Assembly: GCA_051362555.1 (NCBI GenBank)
Contig: CM120642.1
Coordinates: forward strand, 16,306,001 to 16,370,000
DNA: 64,000 nucleotides
From: Lingula anatina
Lineage: Eukaryota; Animalia; Brachiopoda
Reading direction: 5' to 3'
Part shown: piece by piece, positions 54,601 through 64,000 of the stretch
Layout of the letters: each line of letters starts with the position of its first letter
Position numbering within the stretch: position 1 is the first letter of the stretch
Program-made: the position numbers and the translations under genes
Notes under the pieces: model-generated
Told to the model about the DNA's origin: nothing
The model's input: only the letters and a program-made list of their open reading frames with translations
The model's database searches: none

Positions 54601-54938
54601 TAGTGTGGTCTGATCTACTGGTGAATTCTGGATCATTCGGTGCCGAGTCTGGTAGTTGGGTAGGCCTGAACATCTTAAAATGAATTAAAGACTGAGAGGT
54701 AGTTTCTGAAATGTACATTTATTGAGTATTCTGATGCATTTTCATTGCACAAAAAATACCTGTGTAGTATTTTATGGGCACGTTTGGGATTAAGAAAACC
54801 AACATTTGTAGTTCTTTGGTGCACATATTATTTTGAATGTATTTTCTTGTCTTTACATGTGACAAAAGAAAAAAAAATGCTGGAACTCACCTACCTATTC
54901 ATCGCATTTCCAGTTTGGAAGTACACCCCTCCTCACCA

Positions 54939-55029
<91 letters not shown>

Positions 55030-58000
55030 TTGAATAAGGTCTTATTTATTCCACCCAGTACTCCACTCACTAAAATTTTTGACAGTACCGTAATGCCCTT
55101 ACTTTATGGTTTATTTTAACATTTTTTTTAACTTACTTAACAATAAATGTGTTCCACACTCGTATTTTATCATTATTATTATTATATGTTTCTCTCATTA
55201 CAAGATATAATTTATATGATTATATGATAATATACAGTAAAGCCCCCTTTACACTGGACAGCGTCCTTTCTGCATCCCATAAGCCAATCCCATATGGCCC
55301 CATGTGAGAGTAAAAAAAATACTTTATGTGCCGACAATGCTTGTACCTCTTTTTCACAACCACAGCGATGCCGGTTAAATGGTCGCACAAAGGATACGGA
55401 AAGGATGCTGTCCAGTGTAAAGGGGGTTTTAATGACAACCCAGTGTTTCAAAGAGCACAGGAAATTTAAACTATGTATCCACGTGTACAGTTATCATGTA
55501 AAAGTGATGGGTTTCACGTTTTCAAGTGCCCTCTGAAACTCAGGGTGTCTAGACTATTAAATGTCCCCTATAATTTGATAGGCAATGAATTTCCCTGGGA
55601 GAGATTTCCAAAATTTCCAAACATGCACTTCCTCTCTGTGCAAGTTGCAGAGCAATTCCTATATGTTTTGTCAATTTCTTTATCAATCGTGTTAAGGATG
55701 TTGGGGTCAGTCAGATTCTAAAAATTGTGTTATGACTTGGTACATTAAATGTTAACATTGCTCATATTATAAATGTAGAATTCTGTACCTGTTTAGCAGT
55801 ATCTGAACTGCTTGGTGTAGGTCAACCTTGCTTATCGTCAGTTGGACTGTCACTCACTGTGGTCAGTGGCTCACACTGGTCAGTAGCAAACAGTGACATA
55901 TATGGATGTCCCTGTGTATTACATGATACACTTTGTATCACCAGACAGACTCACTTATGTTATAAGGAACTCTACAGATTTTGTTCACATTTCAGGTTTT
56001 TTTTTCCAGCTAAAATCTAAGATGTAAGTAATGTACATTAACTGCACCTAATTATATTTGTACTACTTGACATCCATCATATGGTATTAAGAAAATTTAC
56101 ATGCCCAAATAGATTTTATCCAAACTGAATGTACACAGTTACTGTAACATATTATTGGAAGAGTATATGTGTGTGTGTGTTGGGTTTATGGCATTATTGA
56201 TTTTAGAAGTCAAGTACATGTTAATTCAACAGCACAGCCAAACTGTCACTGCAATGTTTAAGAGATCAATTCAACATAATGATCAATAATGTGATATTTA
56301 TAGTTAAGAAAAGACAAACCTCCAAGGGCATATTTGGATAAACATTTCAAAAATAAGCCAAGTTCAAATGATAAACAACAAACAAATGAGGGAAAATGGG
56401 AAATCATGCAATGTCAGGCAGGATATTATCAATAAGCTTTTATCATAGCAGAGAGAGTATTGAGGAAGTATTCAAGTGGGTCGATCGGCCATATATGACC
56501 CTAGCTCAGACTAGTTAGTCCCGTGTTCTGAATGAACCCTTTGAGTCTGGTATAACTTAATATAAAATTTTGTTTTCACATCAGATGTGATTTATTAGTA
56601 TCTTGGCAGAGATTGGTTTTGTGTATTGTTGAACTCCTACCTGATGATTGCCATTAAAAGTGATTTGGAAAACAGCCCAGCAGGGTTAAGATAAGGCAAT
56701 TAACTATATAATCTGTCGTCAAGCCAACAGCACACACAAAAATCTGAGTCAAACCACAATGCAGGGAGCGGTGACATGCAAGGAAATCTCAGGTGTCATG
56801 TTTGATTGTCCCCTTAAACAGATGGAAAAATATTACACCAGGTATGTCACTATCTGGTCAAAAAAAAACCCTTCAATGGAAGTGCCAATTGTTCTTTTTT
56901 TTTTTCAGCCCATCATGGATATCAGTTTAAAATAGTTTTGATGGAATTTAGTTTTTATTTTCACTAGACCATATATGGAACGTAATCCCTACCATAATGT
57001 GTCAAACAGTTTGACGCTGTAAAAAACGGATGAAGAGGTGTAACCTGTTCACCTACATGGAAAACTCATTTGTCAACAATAAAAATGATGTCTTCCTTAT
57101 CTCCTTTTAAAGAAGCATATGAAGTCAATTTTTGCCACAAAAGCCATCCAAATGCCAGCATACAGTTTCAAGTAGTATAACTAAGAGAATTACCAAAAGG
57201 CATTGTCAAATTTTACCCAAAAAATGATATTTGAATGGATTTTTCTGCTAGCTTTCTATGCTGCTTTCTATTCTGCTAGCTTTCTATGCTGTATGGGTAA
57301 GAAAAGTAGGTTACAAAATTTGGTTAAATTTCTCACCCAAAATTTAAGGAAAGGAGCAGTCTAAAGCTCTTTTATGGCTGATTGAGTGATTTATTCAGTT
57401 TATCCCTTGGCATGTCGAATTTATTTGAGTCGTTTAAGAAACTAGTAGAAGTGGTTTATATATGTAACTGGGAATCCACGCTCCACTGATGCCCGGTTCA
57501 TATGTACCTTTTAGCAAATACAGTAACTTATATGGCAGTGACCGGCGAAGCTTCATAGGGAGTTGTGACTCACTTTTTATTTCCCCAGATGCATGAAACG
57601 TTGATATTATTTAACTAATCTGTGAAGAACTCCATCACCCCCCTTCCCCACAATATGACCATCTTCAATAACATGTAGTTTGTGCTGGGAGCAGACCAGA
57701 TCAGACCAGTCTCTCATTTTTGTGTTTGCTCAATTCCAAAGTCAAATTATAAATGCATCTGTTTTGTGAAAATTAAGGCAATTAAATGTTTATTTGTGGT
57801 TTGATTCAATGTTTTTTTGTTTTTTTTTTATAAATGCACTGGGACTTGTACACAGTTAAGTGTATATAAATAAGAAAATTGGAATAGTTCTAACAAGATA
57901 TGTCTATCGGCACAGGGAAGCTCTGTAGATTGCCTTTTCTCAATATGTTTATTGTGACATAATTTTTTCATTAAATACTTATAAAAATTCAAATAGGGCG

Positions 58001-61000
58001 AACGTAGATGCTATTCCAGTCATTCAGCTTAATTATATGATCATATAACTGGTTTGAAAGCATCCCTCATCACTTGTGTAATGAAGTACATCATGAAAAT
58101 GATCGTAGGTGGGGGAAATAAATAGATGGAAATTGTGAACTGTTGTCTATTTCAATAGCAAGTAATGTACGTTAGCAAATATAACATTGTAACACAGCAA
58201 AATAGGATTTAAAAAGGAGGATAAAATGTACTTGAAAAGTATTAAGCGTAAATTGCAGCTTATCTTGGGTAGCACTTTGGGTGAAATGCAATACTTCGGG
58301 TAAGATATGGATGTTTTAGCAGATGGCCCAAACAATCTGACATTTTCAAAGGTTTTTATTGCTGTATTTAAATTGATTTGACCAAAATGATATTTCTCTG
58401 AAATTAATTAATTGATCTTGGTCAAACTGTTTGGCACATTACCATATATCTTACTATATCAAAACTTATAAAACCCTTTGATATACATTTATTAAAACAA
58501 ATTTTCAGTTTAATTCAGGAGATACTGAGACCCCCCCCCAAACACACATGCATACAAAAACTTTTCTTGCAAATCTCAAAATCATTAAAATATTGTTTGG
58601 TAGGAATCCAAAAAGAAAGTCATTTTTGAGAACATGAGTAAAACTTTAAATTTTATCTCTTGGTAAAAATAAATACTACTTAAAGTCTGTCATGCATAAT
58701 AAAATCTAAATAAATGTAATCAACAATTGCACATTTATGAAACAGGGTGCTAAAAGGGGGGGGGGAGATTTTCACCTCTTTGAAACCAATTCCTTGAATA
58801 CTGTAGCACCTTTTTCCTGACACCTGCAAATTAATCAATGATCATACTCTAACTATCCAACTATGAATTCCACATGAGCTTATCTGATGGTCTTCAGAAG
58901 AGAATTAATAGTAATCTCAATGATAATGCCCACCTCACCTGTGGAGATCATTGTGTGACAAAAGGCAATCTGACATTTCTAATGTACTTCACAGAATACT
59001 TGGCATAAGACATTTTGATAGAGGTTAATATAAACTGCACATTTTACTTTTCTTGTTTTCACCTTTTTTTTTACTGCATTTAATGTAAAGATACCAACTA
59101 GTGCTTTCTGTTAGCTGTAAGCCTGACTGCTTTAAATGGCAATAACATGCTGCAAATACATAACATGGATTATTGTGAACCAAATATTGTGTGCAGCACA
59201 TGGTACATTATTTCAGTTGACTTACAAAGTCTTTAAGGGCTTTCTTTGGCAGCAATCCAGAAAATACTTATAAAACCAGTAGAAGGCCAGAAAGGTCAGA
59301 GAAAAAATTACAGGAAGTTCTATAAGTGTAACTCAGAACACACAGGCATACCATTACAGAACACAAAATCATCATAAGCCCAGGAAGTCTTGTCTTGTTA
59401 CAAGGATTAACAGTGCAGTATCTGAATATGTAATCTTTTTTAAGGCAGGGGGTCACAGTTACATAAAATACACCAAGGTGCTAATTTATGATTGGGCTCC
59501 CATTCCTAGATCGATCTAACAGGATCGGTCTAATTCCATGGGGCTCCCATTCCTAGATCGATCTAACAGGATCGGTCTAATTCCATGGGGTTTCTCGCTA
59601 AATTGCTTTCAGCTTTAGTGGCTTAGATGTCTGGGACGGCTACTGTAGCTGCTAAACCACAGTTCATTACCCCCCTATCAGTGTATAGTAGGCGTGACAG
59701 GTATCTAAGCAGTTTAAGTTAATTGTTATTAAGCGAGAATCCCCTTGGAGATAGTTCGATCCAAAGTCAGGACAATAGGGTCTGGGAATGGTCTCTATGC
59801 TATAAGAAAGTGTTAAACTAATAGATGCTCTTTTATAATTCCTACGTGTTTTCTTGTGACAAGGATTAACAGTACGATATCTGAATATCTAAGCTGTTTT
59901 TTTTTTTTTTTGGATTGGGGTGGTGGGGGGTTTGGAAGTTACATAAAATACACCAGGGTGTTAATTTATGTTACAAGTAAGTGTATAACTAATCAATGCT
60001 CTTATATGACTATTACCTAAGTGCTTGCTTGTGACAAGGATTAACAGTTTGATACCTGAATATGTAAGCTTTTTTTTTTCTATGGGGAGGGGGGGGGGCA
60101 AAGTTACATAAATACATCAGGGTATTAATTTATGCTACATGTAAGTGTACAACTAATATATGCTCTTATATGACTATTACTTAATTGCTTGAATTAAATT
60201 GAGTTGAGGTTCATTTTGTGTAAATTATGGTGTATAAATAAGAGAACACAACAATGCATACAGTGATACCCATCCTAACACATAAGCCACATTTAAAAAT
60301 TTTTCAATAAATATATCATTGAATAAGAATTTTAAATACAGAAACTGAGCCATTAACTGCAATACCCTCCATTGCAAAAATTTGTCTCATTTACCGTTCA
60401 TTTACAGTTTTCAATCTTATCTAGAACATTTGCTGTTTTTTTTTTTAAGAGTTCTAATGCTGTTCTGTAATGGATGTAACAGTTCGAGAACTGTTTTTGG
60501 GAAGTCCTTCAGAATGTGTTAGAACATTATTAAGATCATTTTTTATTAAAAGAGAAAAACATTTTGTTCTAGGACAGATCGAGAATTGTAAGTGAGCGTT
60601 AAAAGAGACAAGTTTTTGCAGGGGCTGACCTCTAGGTACCACCTGGTTTTAACAAGTATGGTTCAGAAAGTGGTTTCATAAGCATATTACACAAACCCAC
60701 ACACACATTACTATACCTGTGCTTCCTTGTGGTGTCGAGGCCATCGCTGGCAGTTCTTGTAATGATCGCTGCAACGATGATGTATTGGGAACTTTTGGCA
60801 ATGCACTTTGTGTATTAAGTCTGGGAGGCTCTACCACACCCTGCTCTTCCTGCTCTCCCTGAGAATCTGTGTCGTCATCTTCCTCACCTTCTTCCTCTCC
60901 CTGAGATTCTGTGCCTGTATCAGACTGGGAGTTACTCCCTGCCTCAGAGCCCTCGGACTTCTCAGTCTCAGTCTCCTAGAAAGAGAGTGCACTCTGGCAT

Positions 61001-63628
61001 GAACTCATGAAAAAAACACTAGAGACAGTGGGATTTGGATGAATATCCTAAGTTTTCATTGTTTGTACCCCTAGTGGGAAGAAGATAAAAAAATGTGTTG
61101 AAAAAAAATTTATACTTGCACTGAAAGTAATTACGATTTATGCTTAAGTCTCTCTAAAACTAATCTTTTTATAAGTTTTTTAGGATTCATGTTTTTAAGC
61201 TTTTTAAGTAAGTCAGCATTTGGTGCAGCAGCTGTGGTTCTTATGAATTTTTTTATATTTTATTGTTGAGTGCATTGAAATGTAAACAAACAGATCATGC
61301 TATATAAAAAATAAATATTATTGCTATTAATTATAAGATGTGACTCTCATGTTTGGTTCAATTTTTCTTTCTTACATCAAAGCAGCAAGATAATAATTAT
61401 TGTCTATAACAACTTCAATGATGCTGAATGTTAACCAAAACACACCATAATCAAAATCAAATCAAATCAAATAATCAATAAACAAATGATAATACAATAA
61501 ATAATCAAAATCAGGTAATAAAATTTAAATCTATTATTTAAAGTCAGTCTTTTTTTTTAAGAAAGCTCATTGTGTTAGAGGTTCAATCAACACACCAGAG
61601 CAATGTACTTTACTGCTGGATTGTTGCAGTTGTTCCTTTATGTTGTGATCAACACTACTACAGGAATTCATTTCTAAAAATGCCCTACCAGGTGAACATC
61701 AATCTTTAAAATTAATACAAATTTATATGTATTGAACTCTTTTTAACATTAAATCATCAATAAACAAACAAGGCTATTCATTCATTTGAAAAGGAAATTG
61801 AAAACTGAAAGTTTATTGCCATCTTTGCAAGCCAGAGGTATCAGGTCAAATGCAAACACGATGGCTATCCTAAATTACCCCTGAACACAATAATACAAAG
61901 CATAACACAAAGAATGACATAATACATTACAAAACCATATCCTTTTGTACTCCATCAATCTTTGATACAAAAAAAAGATGCTTCAGGATTTCAATATGGA
62001 TACAAAAAAGATACTTTAGCATTTCAATATGGAAATCCTACCTCCTCCTCCTCTTCATCCTCCTCACCATCTCCAACATTATACCCTCTACTCCTCCCAT
62101 GCTCCTCTGGACTAGTCGACCTTGACCTTGAACTCTGACTCACAGGGGTCATCTGACCATCCTTAAGTACCCATGACCTCTTTTCACTGAATTCTTTTTA
62201 AAAAATAAAAAATAAATGAAGATGTCAAGAAAAACTAATTTATTTATATCCAAATAAAACATTTCACTTAATATAAATGGCTGAATACTGTATATATAAA
62301 AAAAACCTTCACAATATGATCGACTGCAAATTTGAGAAGCTCTATAAATTTCACACCATTCTACGTAGATGTTTTAAGGTGCGTTGCTGCAGTGTTTATA
62401 TTTCTATTTTTACATTATTCTGCAACATGTTTATGTATATTTCTTTTATGACAATTATTATGTAAAACTTTATCCTATGGGTTGCAATTTTCTATATATT
62501 ATCATGAAAAAAAAAATACTTAACATCAGACATTTTTTGGGGTTCTGAAGGTCCTGAGGATCTGCCCTACAAGAAATCTACAGGTCCTCCTAATTCTGTG
62601 CAGGTCCATTAGTCAATGTTTACGTATGATTCCTATTTTATGTATTGTATTTACATATAAACCTTGCCAATCCAGAGGTCCTGCACTATCAAAAATCTTG
62701 CTGGTGTACCATGAAAATCTGACTCCCCTAAAAGGCGACTCTACAGTCAGATTTTCATCATGAAACTTTGACTCCTAACACTAACCATAACCTGCAAATT
62801 AACAAAAAGTGCCAATGTATCCTCCATTATGCATACTAGTCATATACTCAAATAAAATAAGATTTATGAAGTTTTGTAGGGGGAGTCAAGATTTTCATGG
62901 GAGTTAGATTTTCATGTTACACCGGCTCTCCAGGCAGTTTCTCCAGGTCTGTAACATGGGGTAAGTACTGTAACATATATTACCTGCAGTCATCAGAGGT
63001 GTATTGGCTCTGGATGAGGAAGCACTGTGGGTAGCTGTCGAGTAAGAATAGCTACTCTGATTCTCAAGAAGATCCAGGTACTCTGACCTGAAGAACAATA
63101 GAACACAACTTCATTACATAGAAATGTGGTATGAGACATAGTCCTGTGATCCGACGCATCAAAAATAGCAAATCAAAATCCAAGTTTCTTGTGTGTGTTG
63201 TAACACTTACAAAGAGATGTCTGTGCTGTGCATGCGTCATAACAATAGTGAAGATTTTTACAACTTATTGTAATGCACATGTATGATTTTTATGCTGTTG
63301 ACCACGTGGGTGCAAAAAAACGTAGGGGGGCTTCCCAAATGCGTATCGATCTTCAAGGAGGCCAGTAACAGTGAAGATGGATTGATACTTGATATTTACC
63401 TTGCATTTCTTTTTTCAATACCTAATAATATTGTTAAATCATTTTTTTGCAAATGGTGTGTTTACCCCCCCCCCCCCCATCTCCTCTCTCTCTCAAAATT
63501 ACGAAGTTCAAAAGTCATAAATATGATATCCCAAGACAAGCCCAATCACAAACCTTGCTATTTCATCTCTTGTGATAACAAGTTGTACTGTGCTGGTAGC
63601 CGAGGCACTTCTGAGTACAGAGACAGCC
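35142..63628 (-). CDS. STXBP4: Syntaxin-binding protein 4 (Synip)-like, 5'-partial; 15 exons in window
   Basis: Phase-consistent GT-AG exons: 63628-63554 (PDZ end AVSVLRSASATSTVQLVITRD), 63087-62984, 62193-62042, 60975-60717, 51281-51046 (SLDPQVRLKVEKLEV), 47623-47527 (ALKYLGLEPT), 47180-47059 (EFVQVAREMF), 45069-44980, 44840-44775, 42814-42650 (LRSKVHLAEQAQ...MEQDYEEVVQLLE), 42062-41949 (LSCQLRKAEVAKKTYEVATEKLLHFAE), 37506-37463, 37227-37085, 35713-35656 and 35247-35142 (WW: [30 protein letters not shown]). Resembles STXBP4 as recalled; the three low-complexity linker exons are less certain. Confidence 0.9.
35298..35457. mobile_element. PIF/Harbinger-like MITE
   Basis: TTA|GGCCACATTCAGAACAG ... 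CTGTTCTACATGCGACC|TTA, with a perfect 3-bp TSD. Confidence 0.8.
35963..36148. mobile_element. PIF/Harbinger-like MITE
   Basis: TAA|GAGCGCATTCTGAAC ... GTTCTGAATGCACTC; shared CAGATCAAATATGGC subterminal motif. Confidence 0.75.
36153..36247. repeat. 34-bp minisatellite, ~2.8 copies, with internal palindrome
   Basis: agtgcatatattcagtac(tat/ata)gtactgagtacat units start at 36153, 36187 and 36221. Confidence 0.85.
38051..41842. mobile_element. Degenerate 3.8-kb TTAA-flanked TIR transposon in an STXBP4 intron
   Basis: TTAA|GTGCCAGTTTTTTTAAGCACCAGACAA...GCGGCAAGGTGGGGGTTCACAGAAT versus ATTCTGTGAGAACCCCACCTTGCCGC...TTGCCTGGTGGTTAGAAAAACTTGCAC|TTAA; interrupted coding-like sequence at ~40700-41080. 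Confidence 0.7.
46013..46558. mobile_element. Palindromic Harbinger-like MITE, 546 bp
   Basis: GAGCGCATTCTCAACGAATTAAGCCAGG ... CCTGGCTTAATTCGTTGAGAATGCGCTC|TAA; near-perfect arms of about 150 bp. Confidence 0.9.
47719..47886. mobile_element. Short CAGGGG-terminated MITE (hAT-like)
   Basis: CAGGGGTGGATT ... GATCCACCCCTG inverted termini; no clear TSD. Confidence 0.5.
48206..48628. mobile_element. Two MITE copies in inverted tandem orientation
   Basis: 48206-48422 and ~48426-48628 are reverse complements of each other (GGGGAGTCTCACTAGATTACTGTCAG versus CTGACAGTAATCTAGTGAGACTCCCC), separated by TAA; related fragments at ~22572, ~49135 and 59494. Confidence 0.75.
48835..49007. mobile_element. 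PIF/Harbinger-like MITE
   Basis: GAGCACATTCAGAAC ... GTTCTGAATGCACTC. Confidence 0.75.
51845..52146. mobile_element. Palindromic MITE related to 46013-46558
   Basis: AAA|GACCGCATTCACATCGAGTTGAGCC ... GGCTCAACTCGATGTGAATACGGTC|AAA; shares the CATGAAAG..AAACCGCCTAATCTTTTAATAGTCTCTCC core. Confidence 0.9.
54352..54668. mobile_element. Palindromic hAT-like MITE
   Basis: CAGGCCTACCCAACTACCAGACTCGGCACCG ... CGGTGCCGAGTCTGGTAGTTGGGTAGGCCTG; arms of ~107 bp; 8-bp flanks atcaactt/aacatctt match at 6 of 8 positions. Confidence 0.85.
54944..55029. repeat. (TA)n microsatellite
   Basis: About 43 uninterrupted TA units. Confidence 0.97.
55235..55434. mobile_element. Tc1/mariner (pogo/Tigger-like) MITE
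   Basis: TA|CAGTAAAGCCCCCTTTACACTGGACAGC ... GCTGTCCAGTGTAAAGGGGGTTTTAATG. Confidence 0.7.
59395..60190. repeat. ~175-bp tandem repeat (3 units), first unit interrupted by a MITE at ~59494-59794
   Basis: TGT(G/T)ACAAGGATTAACAGT...GTTACATAAAATACACCA recurs at ~59396, ~59855 and ~60030; the insert carries an exact 47-bp duplication (59494-59587). Confidence 0.75.
62700..62926. mobile_element. Small TIR element
   Basis: GCTGGTGTACCATGAAAATCTGACTCCC ... GGGAGTTAGATTTTCATGTTACACCGGC; internal CCTAAC-like repeats. Confidence 0.6.
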
Positions 63629-64000
63629 CTGGGAACATACAAACACCCATTTCACTGATACATGATCTTTTGAGTTATTTTTATAATTGATTCGTTTACT
63701 TTAATTAAAAATTTATCATATTTACAAGCCTGAATAAAATCTTTACAGCATGTTTTTTGTATATATTTGAAAATAAGTTATATGGATTGTAAAAACTAAA
63801 AAAAAAATAGAAATTTGTCATCTTTCTTTCTTTTTCTTTTATTTTTTTGACTATTTCTTTTTAATGTAAAGATCAACTAAGATGTCATAACATAACCAAG
63901 AATTTAATCTGAAGCAACAGATTGAATCATGGCTAAATATTAATTGAGACTGATTATAAACTGCTATGATAAATTTCTATTTGTTTCTATTTTCTATACA

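Noticed and set aside
54745-55119. ORFs with IYIYIY runs
   Set aside because: Translation of the (TA)n microsatellite.
55789-55911. Exon-like segment in the large STXBP4 intron
   Set aside because: Candidate acceptors give either stop codons or a phase incompatible with the flanking exons, which already join in frame.
63283-63690. 135-aa + strand ORF
   Set aside because: No recognisable domain; it overlaps the - strand PDZ exon 63628-63554, which is better supported by motif and phase.

Overview
Eukaryotic (animal, invertebrate-looking) genomic DNA with GT-AG introns, AT-rich and dense in DNA-transposon relics; there are no prokaryotic systems or CRISPR arrays. Three spliced protein-coding genes can be assembled by hand. 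(1) + strand 36-6817: a 3-exon, 2061-aa GRL101/LGR-like receptor with the architecture signal peptide, CUB(s), unassigned region, 2 C-type lectin domains, 7 LDLa, LRR and 7TM; its 7TM has lost most class-A activation motifs. (2) - strand 26116-10425: a 5-exon PAR-bZIP transcription factor (HLF/TEF/DBP/Pdp1 family, 278 aa) with a candidate alternative first exon. (3) - strand, from beyond 63628 to 35142: STXBP4-like (PDZ end, EF-hand-like, coiled coil, WW), 15 exons visible, 5' end outside the window. Non-coding space holds a 5.26-kb foldback element (about 1.5-kb inverted arms, TAG...CTA ends, TTA TSD), a 2.6-kb TA-flanked element carrying a higher-order tandem array, a 3.8-kb TTAA-flanked relic, Helentron/HINE-like repeats and many palindromic MITEs, one of which abuts the STXBP4 stop codon. 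All calls are from manual reading; no searches were run.
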